From contig DASPLK010000005.1 in NCBI GenBank assembly GCA_035627595.1, forward strand, positions 69,513 through 133,512: DNA of 64,000 nt, in the 5' to 3' direction. This document shows, piece after piece, positions 47,682 through 57,307 of this stretch. Below the pieces are notes generated by a model that saw only the letters and a program-made list of their open reading frames with translations, did no database searches and had not been told where the DNA came from. This DNA is from Minisyncoccota bacterium. Its GTDB lineage: Bacteria; Patescibacteriota; Minisyncoccia; Phycocordibacterales; Phycocordibacteraceae. Position 1 is the first letter of the stretch. Each line of letters begins with the position of its first letter. The position numbers and the translations under genes were made by a program.

Positions 47682-48875
47682 CTATTTCCCGAATCGCGCG
47701 TTCAATGAGGAGCGCGTCCTTGCATCAAGCATCCCCGTTTCCCGTAGCCCCTCCCTCTTCTGGTACGCCTTCAAAGCTACCTGCGTGCACTCGTTCATGA
47801 TGCCCGAGATGGGGCACGATACGAGGTCGCTCTCAGAGGGCGGATATAGCCCGATCGTCCGAAGCGCGACCTGGAGCGCGTACGCGTCGACGCTCGTAGA
47901 GCCGAGCGGCAGCTCCTTCTTCCAGGAGTACGGAAGTATCTTCGTCGAGTCGTCAGTAGGCTTCCTGCTCGTGAGGAAGTCGACGAGACCAAGGTATGTC
48001 TGATGCGCGTAGTCTGTGGCAAGCGGCTTCCTGAGGACCGGTGCGAGCATCTTTGACTCGGTAATGTATCCGTATTCAATAAGCACCGTCGGTACCTCAA
48101 GCGTATTGTTCGAACCGACCGCAATCAGTGTCTGATCCTCGGCAACACCTTTGTTCTCAATCCGAAGTGTAGAGGTCGCAGAAAAATCGTTCAGGCGCTC
48201 AGCGATCGCCTCGGCTACTGGGCGCGATGCCTTTCCGTTTCCGAACTGCGGATCAGGAATGTAAATGGCGTACCCAGAGTTTGCGCCTGGTGTCGTTGGA
48301 CCATGGTCAGGCGCGTCATTTATGTGGAGATTGATAACAAGGTCTATCTTGTTTTCGTTCGCCCATTTGTTTATGCCGTAGAGACGAAGTGCAACATCGG
48401 TCGGCGCCTTCGCATGCTCCACCTGGCTCCCTTCCTGTAAGGGCCGCACCGCACCGGCTGCAAGCTTCTCCTGCATCTCTTTCTTATGATCCTCCACGAA
48501 GCGTTCAATCTTCTTCATGTTCCTGTCGAAATAGCGCTTCAGGTCCTTGTGCCACGCTGTATTGGTGCGCGCAACAATAACCTCGTCTATGTTCCCGTCC
48601 TTCCGAAGCTCGGCTGCAAGCTGATTTGCGATATCAACGACAATTTCGCGTTCATAGACACCCATGAAGACAGCGCCGCCGTACCCGGGCTCATGCCCCG
48701 GCACAATAAGGATGCGGATCTCTTCATCTTCATATGCGTCCCTGAGTTCAGTAGCAGAAGCCGTCACAGGAAACGACTTGCTCTTCTTTGTTGCAGCAAG
48801 CGTATGGGACGGCGCAAGCGCAAAAGTGGCAATTAGGAGAAGCGCACCGACGCGAGTGAAGGTCTGCATGTTCAT
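47682..48875 (-). CDS. N-acetylmuramoyl-L-alanine amidase (Amidase_3) with C-terminal PG_binding_1 domain
   Basis: 397 aa; signal peptide; ILIVPGHEPGYGGA...E catalytic core; C-terminal DAYALQVALRTIGLY...ALKAYQKREGL peptidoglycan-binding domain. Confidence 0.85.
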   Translation of the reverse strand: MNMQTFTRVGALLLIATFALAPSHTLAATKKSKSFPVTASATELRDAYEDEEIRILIVPGHEPGYGGAVFMGVYEREIVVDIANQLAAELRKDGNIDEVIVARTNTAWHKDLKRYFDRNMKKIERFVEDHKKEMQEKLAAGAVRPLQEGSQVEHAKAPTDVALRLYGINKWANENKIDLVINLHINDAPDHGPTTPGANSGYAIYIPDPQFGNGKASRPVAEAIAERLNDFSATSTLRIENKGVAEDQTLIAVGSNNTLEVPTVLIEYGYITESKMLAPVLRKPLATDYAHQTYLGLVDFLTSRKPTDDSTKILPYSWKKELPLGSTSVDAYALQVALRTIGLYPPSESDLVSCPISGIMNECTQVALKAYQKREGLRETGMLDARTRSSLNARFGK

Positions 48876-48944
48876 AGGACAATGATACGACGTAACTATT
48901 ACAAAAAGGTGTGGGAATGCGCGGCCGGAGATATACTCATCCCT

Positions 48945-51116
48945 ATGAAGGAAGACGCGCCGCTCTCGTCATACTTTCCGCGCCTCAGGGCCGATCAGAA
49001 GAAAGCGCTCGAAAAGCTCGGCATACGCACCGTGCGCGACCTTCTCTACCACTTCCCCGCTCGGTATGAAGCGGCAGGTCCGACAGGTACCGTCACCGCA
49101 GTTACCCCAGGCGCAGACGTCACTTTGTTTGGCACCATCCGCAAGCCTGAAACACGCAAAGCCTGGAAGAGCCGCCGACCTATCGCCGAGGCGTGGCTCG
49201 AAGACGCGTCAGGACGCATCAAGCTCATGTGGTTCTCGCAGCCGTATATCGCGAAGATGCTCAATGACGGCATGGTCGTGAAAATAACCGGCCGGGTCGC
49301 AGGAACGGCAGAAAAGCCCTACGTCGCCAATCCTGAGATAGATAAGACACCGATCCGGCCAGACGATGTACACGACACCCTCTTCAAGGAGGCGGAGGAT
49401 CCGCGTGCATTTGAGGAGACGCTGTACGCGATATATCCCGAGAGTAGGGGCATCTCATCACTATGGTTCTTGCATGCGCTCAAGCGCGTATTTGAAGCAA
49501 AAGTACATGAGACGCTTCCGGACCCTATTCCGGAAGAAATACTTGCACGCTACAACCTTCCCCCACTTTCTACTGCGCTCGTCTGGATACACGCACCCAA
49601 GACCAATGAGAACGCACTTGCTGCAAAGAAACGCTTCGCATTCGAGGAGGTATTCGCTATCCAACTTCTCCGACAGAAGGAGCGTGCAGATTCCCTTCGG
49701 GAAAAGTCACTACCAGTATCGACCGACCAAAAATCGCTCAGCGATTTCGTTGCCTCCTTTCCATTTCCACCTACCGAAGCGCAGACCCGGGCTATCAATG
49801 AAATAGTCGAGGACTTCATGCTCCCACATCCTATGCGCCGATTGCTTGAGGGAGATGTCGGTAGCGGCAAGACTGCAGTCGCTGCGGCAACAAGCTACAT
49901 GGTGGCAACTTCCCGTCCTCCGGGACGTTCCGCCGGCACGCTTCAGGTCGCATACATGTGCCCGACAGAAATACTTGCTAAGCAACACTTCTCAACATTC
50001 GTCTCGTATTTTAAGGACCATCCGATACCGATCGGCCTCATTACAGGCAGCGAGTGCAGGAAGTTCCCATCCAAGGTGCGCGGTCAGGAGTCCGCAAAGG
50101 TCTCACGGGCACAGTTTGCTAAATGGGTAGCAAACGGCGAAATACCGATTGTGATCGGTACACACGCGCTCGTATATAAGTCACTTGAGTTCCAAAACCT
50201 CGCATACGCCATCATCGATGAGCAGCACCGCTTCGGAAAGGCGCACCGCCAAAAGCTTACAAAAAAGGGTGGCGTCTCCCCGCACCTCCTTTCCATGACC
50301 GCGACCCCCATCCCACGTACGCTTGCGCTCACCATATACGGTGATCTCGATATCTCGCTCCTTGATCAAATGCCCGCAGGCCGCAAGCCCATCATCACAG
50401 AAGTGCTCGGCCCCGAGAAGCGCGAAGCAGCATACGAGCGCGTACGTGCAGAACTTGCCGCAGGGCGCCAGGCGTATGTCATATGTCCCCGTATCGATGA
50501 ACCCGACCCGACCAAGGAGCTCGCGGTCCAGGCCAAGTCAGTAAAAGCGGAAGCGGAGCGCTTGAAGCGTGATGTATTTCCCGAGGCATCTATAGATATT
50601 CTCCACAGCAAGATGACGCCCGCGGCTAAAGAAGACGTCATGCGTCGCTTCTCGAACGGCGAGGTTGAGATATTGGTCGCCACCTCAGTTGTGGAGGTCG
50701 GCGTGAACGTACCGAATGCGACCGTCATACTCATCGAAGGCGCCGAGCGTTTCGGTCTATCGCAAATGCATCAGCTACGCGGCCGCGTCATACGCTCTAC
50801 CCATCAGGCATATTGCTTCGCGCTCCCTGAATCCTATGGTCCAGCGACCAAGGAGCGCCTGAAAGCGCTCACAACCGCCAAGAACGGCTTTGAACTTGCC
50901 GAGTACGACCTGGCGCTTCGTGGAGCGGGAGAACTTTCTGGAAGTAGGCAGTGGGGCGTGTCGGATATCGCAATGGAGGCCATCAAAAACATCAAGCTTG
51001 TCGAAGCGGCACGCAAGGAGGCACAGGCACTCGTCGCCCGCGATCCGGAACTGGAGTCGCTTCCCTATTTCAGGACGCACCTCAGAGCGCGTGCCGAGGG
51101 CATACATTTCGAGTAG
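48945..51116 (+). CDS. recG: ATP-dependent DNA helicase RecG
   Basis: Wedge domain; Walker A GDVGSGKT; DEQHRFG; helicase C-terminal motifs; likely start MKEDAPL at 48945 (ORF track 48882). Confidence 0.9.
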   Translation: MKEDAPLSSYFPRLRADQKKALEKLGIRTVRDLLYHFPARYEAAGPTGTVTAVTPGADVTLFGTIRKPETRKAWKSRRPIAEAWLEDASGRIKLMWFSQPYIAKMLNDGMVVKITGRVAGTAEKPYVANPEIDKTPIRPDDVHDTLFKEAEDPRAFEETLYAIYPESRGISSLWFLHALKRVFEAKVHETLPDPIPEEILARYNLPPLSTALVWIHAPKTNENALAAKKRFAFEEVFAIQLLRQKERADSLREKSLPVSTDQKSLSDFVASFPFPPTEAQTRAINEIVEDFMLPHPMRRLLEGDVGSGKTAVAAATSYMVATSRPPGRSAGTLQVAYMCPTEILAKQHFSTFVSYFKDHPIPIGLITGSECRKFPSKVRGQESAKVSRAQFAKWVANGEIPIVIGTHALVYKSLEFQNLAYAIIDEQHRFGKAHRQKLTKKGGVSPHLLSMTATPIPRTLALTIYGDLDISLLDQMPAGRKPIITEVLGPEKREAAYERVRAELAAGRQAYVICPRIDEPDPTKELAVQAKSVKAEAERLKRDVFPEASIDILHSKMTPAAKEDVMRRFSNGEVEILVATSVVEVGVNVPNATVILIEGAERFGLSQMHQLRGRVIRSTHQAYCFALPESYGPATKERLKALTTAKNGFELAEYDLALRGAGELSGSRQWGVSDIAMEAIKNIKLVEAARKEAQALVARDPELESLPYFRTHLRARAEGIHFE

Positions 51117-51470
51117 TTAGGTGCCCCCCATCGCTCCTGAGATGAACTCGATATCCTGCTGGATGCTCGGTATGAAGTAGTATGCGGCTGCTGCACTTGC
51201 CACAAAGACGCCAAGTACGGCAACAGTTGCTCCAATACTAGCGAGAATATTGCTCTTAGGCTTTTCAGGCTCGGCGATAGTAACCGGTGGCGGCGGGTTT
51301 GGCGTTGCAGCAGTTGGCGCTGCGAATATGGAAGGGACGGCAGCGAATGCCTCGTCGAGGTTCTCCTGACTCCATCCGCCCTGGCTTGCCAGGAGAGCAC
51401 GTGTCGCCTCCCGGGATACACCCTTGGCATCTTGGCCCTTGATGAAGAGGACAACCTCAGGCGTGATCAT
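51117..51470 (-). CDS. hypothetical membrane-anchored protein
   Basis: 117 aa; Pro-rich linker, C-terminal TM helix. Confidence 0.4.
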   Translation of the reverse strand: MITPEVVLFIKGQDAKGVSREATRALLASQGGWSQENLDEAFAAVPSIFAAPTAATPNPPPPVTIAEPEKPKSNILASIGATVAVLGVFVASAAAAYYFIPSIQQDIEFISGAMGGT

Positions 51471-51567
51471 ATAGGCAGTATACGAATATAAAGCGTAATG
51501 GACTGTATAGGGTGGGGAAATTCATGTTTTTGTTTACACGCCGTATCCGTTCCGGTATCGTACCGGC

Positions 51568-52386
51568 ATGATCAAGAAGCTCTTCACCGTACTCATATAC
51601 GCATTCGCTGCGGTCGGGTTTTTCCTCGTCGCGGGATACTTTGCGGTGAAGTTCGGCCTCACGAACGAACGCGGCGTCATCGACGAGCAGCGCGAATCAT
51701 TCCTTGAGGGTGTCGCTCCCGTGGCAGCTGAGGAGACATATACCGGTCCTTGGCAGAGCTCTGAGGAATGGAAGGTTATGGAAGCGGCTATCCGCCGCGA
51801 CGAAGCAGTCATTAACCGTGCTGCAGCTGACGCGGGCGTTCCAGCGCGCCTTATTGTCGCAAACCTCGTTGCTGAGCAGCTCCGCCTCTTCTTTACGGAG
51901 CGCGAGGCGTACAAGAAGTGGTTCTATCCTTTGAAAATACTCGGCCCGCAATCTCAGTTCTCTTGGGGCGTCATGGGCATGAAAGAGGATACGGCTATAG
52001 AGGTGGAACAGAACCTCGTAAATCCCGCTTCCCCACGCTATCTCGGTGCATCTTATGAGCACAAGCTCAACTTTAGTACCGGCGATGTGAAGCAGGAGCG
52101 CTTCACGCGCATGACCGATCAGTATGATCACTACTGGAGCTACCTCTATGCGGGTCTTTACCTCAAGCAGGTCATGGTCGAGTGGGAGCGCGCAGGCTTC
52201 CCCATTACCGATCGCCCAGAGATCCTCTCAACCCTCTACAACATCGGTTTCAGGCACTCCGTACCAAAAGCAGACCCGAAGGTTGGCGGCGCAGGGCTTA
52301 CCATCGCAGGAAATCAATACAGTTTCGGCGGACTTGCTGCTGAGTTCTATAATAGTGAACTTTTGGTAGACATGTTCCCGCGGTAA
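51568..52386 (+). CDS. membrane-anchored protein, possibly lysozyme-like/lytic-transglycosylase fold (tentative)
   Basis: 272 aa; N-terminal TM helix; E...SWGVMGM...YNIG spacing reminiscent of the SLT E/GLMQ/AYNAG motifs. Confidence 0.3.
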   Translation: MIKKLFTVLIYAFAAVGFFLVAGYFAVKFGLTNERGVIDEQRESFLEGVAPVAAEETYTGPWQSSEEWKVMEAAIRRDEAVINRAAADAGVPARLIVANLVAEQLRLFFTEREAYKKWFYPLKILGPQSQFSWGVMGMKEDTAIEVEQNLVNPASPRYLGASYEHKLNFSTGDVKQERFTRMTDQYDHYWSYLYAGLYLKQVMVEWERAGFPITDRPEILSTLYNIGFRHSVPKADPKVGGAGLTIAGNQYSFGGLAAEFYNSELLVDMFPR

Positions 52387-52424
52387 ATTGAACCGTCACC
52401 TCTTTTGAGATAAGCTCAAGAGAA

Positions 52425-52501
52425 CCATCCTTAGCTCAGTTGGTTAGAGCACGGAGCTTATACCTCCGCGGTCCCTGGTTCGAGTCCAGGAGGATGGACC
52501 A
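52425..52501 (+). tRNA. tRNA-Ile (anticodon UAU), CCA encoded
   Basis: CCAUCCUUAGCUCAGUUGGUUAGAGCA; anticodon stem CGGAG/CUCCG with loop CUUAUAC; T-arm CCUGGUUCGAGUCCAGG; acceptor CCAUCCU/AGGAUGG; ACCA. Confidence 0.7.
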
Positions 52502-52556
52502 AATTGACAGGAGTTCTGCGCGGGCATATACCGTACAGGGAGAAGGAGGTAGACCC

Positions 52557-52868
52557 ATGAAAGCGATCAGTTCGAGCGGGAACTTCGGCGGAAACGTCAG
52601 CATGTTCTTCGATCTATTCTTCACGTTCGGCGCAGCCCCATTTCGGGCAGTGTGGGACGGCCGGCGCGAGCTCAAGCACTGGAGGCCCGGGCAATGGCTC
52701 GCCGGCTTCCTTGTAGCTCTCGCCTGCCTGCTGTCGTACGGCATCTACGCCGCCGTACACGGCAACCCGGCGCTGCTAGTCTGGACTGTCGGTCTTTACG
52801 GCCTGGGTTGCTTCCTGGTCGCGATGTTCGGCGTCATTCTCAGCATGGCAATGGACGCACGCGAGTAA
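52557..52868 (+). CDS. small hypothetical membrane protein
   Basis: 103 aa from ATG at 52557; ORF track 52440 overlaps the tRNA and is trimmed. Confidence 0.4.
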   Translation: MKAISSSGNFGGNVSMFFDLFFTFGAAPFRAVWDGRRELKHWRPGQWLAGFLVALACLLSYGIYAAVHGNPALLVWTVGLYGLGCFLVAMFGVILSMAMDARE

Positions 52869-52886
52869 GCGCTTGTTGCGCTCGTT

Positions 52887-52923
52887 TAGACGGCGGTTCC
52901 GAAAGGGACCGCCGTTTGTCTTA
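52887..52923 (+). terminator. stem-loop terminator
   Basis: agacggcggt tccgaaaggg accgccgtttgtct. Confidence 0.5.
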
Positions 52924-52991
52924 TTAGGGATGTCTTGTAGACTCCGCCTCAGATCCTTTCGATCGTCGAATGGAGTAATCTGGAGGGCTCA

Positions 52992-53156
52992 ATGATTACG
53001 AGTGAACATGCACCGCCACCGCACACGGATCTCAGGCACAGCGGGCACGCCGGGCTCTCGCAGAGCCAGGAGTGCAACCACTCCCGCTACAGCCGGGATC
53101 GGGACGGTCAATTCTGTCCGGACTGCAACGAGGTCATGACGGACTTCAACAGTTGA
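52992..53156 (+). CDS. small hypothetical protein with C-x-H...C-x2-C spacing (possible zinc ribbon)
   Basis: 54 aa, below the ORF-track cutoff; strong SD ggaggg 6 nt upstream of ATG; terminator immediately downstream. Confidence 0.3.
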   Translation: MITSEHAPPPHTDLRHSGHAGLSQSQECNHSRYSRDRDGQFCPDCNEVMTDFNS

Positions 53157-53170
53157 ATCGACACGGACAA

Positions 53171-53210
53171 GGGCGGCGAACCGATAAGGTTCGCCGCCCT
53201 GTCTCTTTAC
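53171..53210. terminator. terminator between the small ORF and ftsH
   Basis: gggcggcgaacc gataa ggttcgccgccc followed by tgtctctttactgtcttt. Confidence 0.65.
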
Positions 53211-53218
53211 TGTCTTTG

Positions 53219-55195
53219 CTATGCTGCCTCTTTCGATTCAGCGACGATCTCAGCAACTAGATCTTCTTCCTCCTTAGCCTTTGGCGTGATGCCGTTAGCA
53301 ATGAGGAGCTTCTCGAACTCCTCGCGCTCTAGGGTTTCTACTTCTACCAAGCGCTCAGCAATCGCATCGAGTGCAGCGCGATGGGTGGTGAGGACCTGTT
53401 CGGCCTTATCGCGCGCCTCTTCGATGATGCGCTTTACCTCGGAGTCCATTTGAGCCGCGACCGCCTGAGAATACGGCGCTTCACCATGTCCGCCGCGATC
53501 TGAGGCAAACGCAACCGGGCCGACTGCATCGCTCATACCCCAACGCGCAACCATGTTGCGTGCAAGATCCGTGACGACCGAAAGATCATTAGAAGGACCT
53601 GTAGTGAGGTCGTCATAGATCATGACCTCAGCGACGTAGCCACCCATCGTTGCAGCAATATCATCCTTGAACTCCTTTCGAGACTGCATCTTGCGATCCT
53701 CGAATGGGAGCTTGAGCGTGTATCCGCCGGCGCGGCCTCTACTGATGATGGATATCTTATGCACCGGATCCGCATTCGGGAGGACCGAAGAGACGAGCGC
53801 GTGACCTGCCTCGTGATACGCGGTAAGGCGCTTCTCCTTCTTGCTCATGAGATGACTTTTCCTCTCGGGACCGAGAATGACTTTCTCGATGGAGCGAACG
53901 AGGTCGTACTGGGTAATCTCGGTGCGATTCTCACGGGCAGCGAGAATGGCTGCTTCGTTCATAAGTGAGTAGAGCTCTGCTCCTGAGAAGCCCGGCGTGC
54001 GCTCTGCGATCACCTCGAGGTTCACATCAGGACCAAACGGCTTCTTGCGCGCGTGGACCGTGAGGATCTCAAGTCGGTCCTTCCTATCAGGAAGATCGAT
54101 CATGACACGCCTGTCAAAGCGGCCCGGACGAAGGAGCGCAGGGTCAAGTACGTCTGGACGATTGGTTGCCGCCATGACGATGACCTTCTCGGTAGGATCG
54201 AAACCGTCCATCTCGACTAGGATCTGGTTTAGGGTCTGCTCGCGTTCGTCGTTTCCGCCGCCAACACCCGTGCCACGCACACGGCCTACGGCGTCGATCT
54301 CGTCCACGAAGATGATAGACGGCGCGGTCTTCTTTGCGAGCTGGAAGAGATCACGTACACGTGATGCGCCTACGCCCACGAACATCTCGACGAACTCGGA
54401 GCCGGAGATGGAGAAGAACGGCACGCCAGCCTCTCCCGCAACTGCACGCGCGAGCAAGGTCTTTCCCGTTCCCGGTGCACCCATGAGGAGGATGCCCTTC
54501 GGGATGCGCGCACCAATATCGAGGAACTTCTTCGGGTTCTTAAGGAAGTCCACGATCTCAACGAGCTCTTCCTTAGCTTCCTTAGCACCTGCAACATCCG
54601 CGAACGTTACGCGCTGAGAGGTGTCGGCCGGATCAATCATGCGCGCCTTGGACTGCCCGAAGGAGAACGCCTGCATGCCTGCACCTTTCACCTGGCGCGC
54701 GAGGAACCAGAAGATAAACACGAGGAAGAATACGGGGATGAGGAGCGGACCGAACGTAAGGAGGTAGTAGCGGAGTCCCGACTCGGTCGCGATTGTTATG
54801 ACGACCGCGGAGATCTGCTCCGGTGTTGCACCGTACGCAGCGAGCGTCTCGGGAAGCGACGTGGTGGGATCCTTCTTTGATTTACGCTCTATGCCATCGG
54901 TATATGTGAGCGTCAGGTCATTGCCTTCGATCTTGATGTCGGTCACAAGCCCTGCTTTCACGTCGTTTGCTACACGGGAGAGCGCCACCTCCTCCTTGCT
55001 TTTCAAGCTTCCCGAAATGAACGAGAAGAGACTCATCAAGAGGAGGAACACGAGGATAGTAGTAAGAAGATTCCCGATGAATCCGGGACCCTTGGGATTT
55101 AGGTAATTAAGCGGTCTCTTTTTTCGCGAGCCCTTCTTTCCTTTTCGTACGGGAGTTTTTTTCATATTCGGCGCCATAGTGAAGTCACTATACAA
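53219..55195 (-). CDS. ftsH: ATP-dependent zinc metalloprotease FtsH
   Basis: 658 aa; two TM helices; AAA Walker A GAPGTGKT and SRH; HEAGHAL zinc motif. Confidence 0.95.
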   Translation of the reverse strand: MYSDFTMAPNMKKTPVRKGKKGSRKKRPLNYLNPKGPGFIGNLLTTILVFLLLMSLFSFISGSLKSKEEVALSRVANDVKAGLVTDIKIEGNDLTLTYTDGIERKSKKDPTTSLPETLAAYGATPEQISAVVITIATESGLRYYLLTFGPLLIPVFFLVFIFWFLARQVKGAGMQAFSFGQSKARMIDPADTSQRVTFADVAGAKEAKEELVEIVDFLKNPKKFLDIGARIPKGILLMGAPGTGKTLLARAVAGEAGVPFFSISGSEFVEMFVGVGASRVRDLFQLAKKTAPSIIFVDEIDAVGRVRGTGVGGGNDEREQTLNQILVEMDGFDPTEKVIVMAATNRPDVLDPALLRPGRFDRRVMIDLPDRKDRLEILTVHARKKPFGPDVNLEVIAERTPGFSGAELYSLMNEAAILAARENRTEITQYDLVRSIEKVILGPERKSHLMSKKEKRLTAYHEAGHALVSSVLPNADPVHKISIISRGRAGGYTLKLPFEDRKMQSRKEFKDDIAATMGGYVAEVMIYDDLTTGPSNDLSVVTDLARNMVARWGMSDAVGPVAFASDRGGHGEAPYSQAVAAQMDSEVKRIIEEARDKAEQVLTTHRAALDAIAERLVEVETLEREEFEKLLIANGITPKAKEEEDLVAEIVAESKEAA

Positions 55196-55209
55196 TAGAG
55201 CTTATTGCT

Positions 55210-56049
55210 ATGGAATCGATGAAGGGCGCAACAGCGATCATAACCTCGGGCGGCGGCATGAAGTGCGCGTACAGCGCAGGCGCTTTGGTTGCACTCGCTA
55301 AGGAGCTTGGAATTACCAATCCGGATATCTTCGTTGCTGCGTCCGGAAGCACCGGCAGCATGTTCTATTACCTCACGCATCAGTACGAAGACATCGAGAA
55401 AATATGGACCCGATACCTTCCCTCTCCGCACTTCATTCGCTACGCGCCCATCCCAGCGATGAAGATCAATTACCTCGTGGACACGATCGCGAAGGAGTAT
55501 CTCCCACTTAATCTTGAGAAGCTTGAACAGACGCACACCCGTTACTTCGTGCCGGTGACCGATCAGGATTCAGGCGACACTCGCTTCATCGGCAACGAGC
55601 TCTGGTTCAACCCGTACGAGGTAGTGCGCGCCGCCACCGCTATTCCAATTCTCTATAACGGTCACGTACGACTTGGCAGCCGCAGCTACCTTGATGGCGA
55701 CTTCTCCACAGGCGTTGCGACACTCATCAAGAAGGCAATGGACGCAGGTGCCCGTCGCATTCTTCTTATTACGAACACCGACACTCCTACCCAGATGGGC
55801 AAATGGATATTGCGCTTATACGGCACCCTGTTGCGCCCGGGACTCCGCACCTCGCTCATAGAAGACCTTGAGACCGACCAATCGATTACCTGGCCGGAAG
55901 GACTTGAGGTGGTGCACGTGTCTCCAACCTACCCGCTCCCTACCCTCCTTTATTCCCGTGAGAAACGTAAGGTCGTGGAGTCGTTTAACATGGGCACGGC
56001 CGACCTGCTTGCCAAGAGTGAGGAGATAAAGGCACTATTTGGAAAATGA
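55210..56049 (+). CDS. patatin-like phospholipase
   Basis: GGGMKCAY (GGGxR/K oxyanion motif) and ASGSTG (GxSxG nucleophile) motifs. Confidence 0.8.
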   Translation: MESMKGATAIITSGGGMKCAYSAGALVALAKELGITNPDIFVAASGSTGSMFYYLTHQYEDIEKIWTRYLPSPHFIRYAPIPAMKINYLVDTIAKEYLPLNLEKLEQTHTRYFVPVTDQDSGDTRFIGNELWFNPYEVVRAATAIPILYNGHVRLGSRSYLDGDFSTGVATLIKKAMDAGARRILLITNTDTPTQMGKWILRLYGTLLRPGLRTSLIEDLETDQSITWPEGLEVVHVSPTYPLPTLLYSREKRKVVESFNMGTADLLAKSEEIKALFGK

Positions 56050-56495
56050 CGCTTATCGAAAACAAAAAGGTAGGGCTGAAGTACGAGTTCCTCGAGGAAT
56101 TCTCAGCAGGACTTGAGCTACTGGGGCTTGAGACAAAGTCCTTGCGAGCAAAGAATGGCTCCCTGGAGGGGTCCCGGGTGCTTGTGCGGGGCGGTGAGGC
56201 GTACCTCGTAGGTGCGACTATACCGCCGGCACAGATCCAGAACGCACCGGAAGAGTATGACCCTGCGCGCGTGCGTCGACTACTGCTTTCGAGGAAAGAA
56301 ATACTCGAACTCAGCGAAGCAGAAGCCAAAAAAGGCTTGACAATAGTGCCTATTTCGGTGTATACTAAGGGTCGATTCATCAAGCTCCGACTTGCAATCG
56401 GTCGTGGAAAAATAAAGTCAGACAAGCGTGAGGCGATAAAAGCGCGCGAAGCGAAGATAGAGATCGGACGTGCGCTTCGTGGAAAGGATCGGTAG
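56046..56495 (+). CDS. smpB: SsrA-binding protein
   Basis: 149 aa; typical SmpB sequence; immediately followed by the tmRNA gene. Confidence 0.9.
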   Translation: MTLIENKKVGLKYEFLEEFSAGLELLGLETKSLRAKNGSLEGSRVLVRGGEAYLVGATIPPAQIQNAPEEYDPARVRRLLLSRKEILELSEAEAKKGLTIVPISVYTKGRFIKLRLAIGRGKIKSDKREAIKAREAKIEIGRALRGKDR

Positions 56496-56531
56496 TCGCT
56501 GTGTACGCATCTTCTCGGAAGGTGCCTAGAC

Positions 56532-56944
56532 AGGGGGTGACCGGTTTTGACGGTCTTGATCTTTGAGAGACGTGCGACGTAGTGGAAGCATGCTGACCAC
56601 TTTAATCCCGCAGGCAAAAACAAACGCAAACAACACTGTTGCACGCGGAGTACTCTCACCTATCCAGATGAGCGATCTTACTCCGTTCGCTTTCGCGCGC
56701 GCCTAACGGCCCCCGCATAGCGGCGTTGTATTCGTCCCGGTTCCCATAGCGGACGAATACGGCGGAATCTTCTATGGGACCAGCAAGGAGAGTGCCTCGG
56801 CTCTTGGCTCGGTATTAGAGACTCAGGAGGGAGCGGTTTCGTCCGCGTTCCTACGCCCCTCCTTACAATGAACGTGGGCTACGCGTCGTAGATTCGTCCT
56901 TAAAGAGAGATTCGGACGGGGGTTCGATTCCCCCCACCTCCACA
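56532..56944 (+). ncRNA. ssrA: tmRNA (transfer-messenger RNA)
   Basis: 5' GGGGGUGACCGGUUUUGACGG like the E. coli GGGGCUGA...UUCGACGG; 3' GGACGGGGGUUCGAUUCCCCCCACCUCCAC tRNA-like T-arm/acceptor; internal ORF ending ...PFAFARA-UAA; directly downstream of smpB. Confidence 0.8.
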
Positions 56945-56952
56945 TACAAGCA

Positions 56953-56982
56953 AAAGACCGCCACCATGGCGGTCTTTTGCGT
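56953..56982. terminator. bidirectional terminator after tmRNA
   Basis: aaagaccgcc acca tggcggtctttt. Confidence 0.7.
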
Positions 56983-56998
56983 ACCGTGCGCAGGAACC

Positions 56999-57250
56999 CT
57001 ACGCGCGGCGTACCATCTTCACGATTGCGAGAAGCACAATCGCGCCGAGGATGGCTACGATGAAGCTGTAGAGGTTGAAACCGCTTACGCCCTCCTGGCC
57101 GAACATGTTCATAATCCAGCCGCCGAGGACGGCACCGATGATACCGACGACGATATCAAGGAGAAGTCCCTGCTGGCCGTTCGTTTTCATGATCATAGAT
57201 GCGATCCAGCCGGCAATAGCACCAAACACCACCCAAATGAGTATTTCCAT
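56999..57250 (-). CDS. GlsB/YeaQ/YmgE-family transglycosylase-associated membrane protein
   Basis: 83 aa; Gly-rich TM helices with GAIAGWIASMIM and GIIGAVLGGWI motifs. Confidence 0.75.
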   Translation of the reverse strand: MEILIWVVFGAIAGWIASMIMKTNGQQGLLLDIVVGIIGAVLGGWIMNMFGQEGVSGFNLYSFIVAILGAIVLLAIVKMVRRA

Positions 57251-57307
57251 ATCTTTTCGTTAACTTAGGTACGGCGGCATTCTATGCGGCACCGCATGAA
57301 GCGTTCA

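Noticed and set aside
46665-47708. 347-aa Arg-rich plus-strand ORF
   Set aside because: It lies entirely antisense to the well-supported 625-aa secreted-protein gene. The Arg/Gly-rich low-complexity translation is typical of the GC-rich antisense frame, and there is no RBS.
52440-52556. 5' part of ORF 52440-52868
   Set aside because: It overlaps the tRNA-Ile gene. The CDS was trimmed to the ATG at 52557.
53997-54617. 206-aa plus-strand ORF
   Set aside because: It is antisense to the AAA domain of ftsH. The Ser/Arg/Thr-rich translation is typical of spurious frames.
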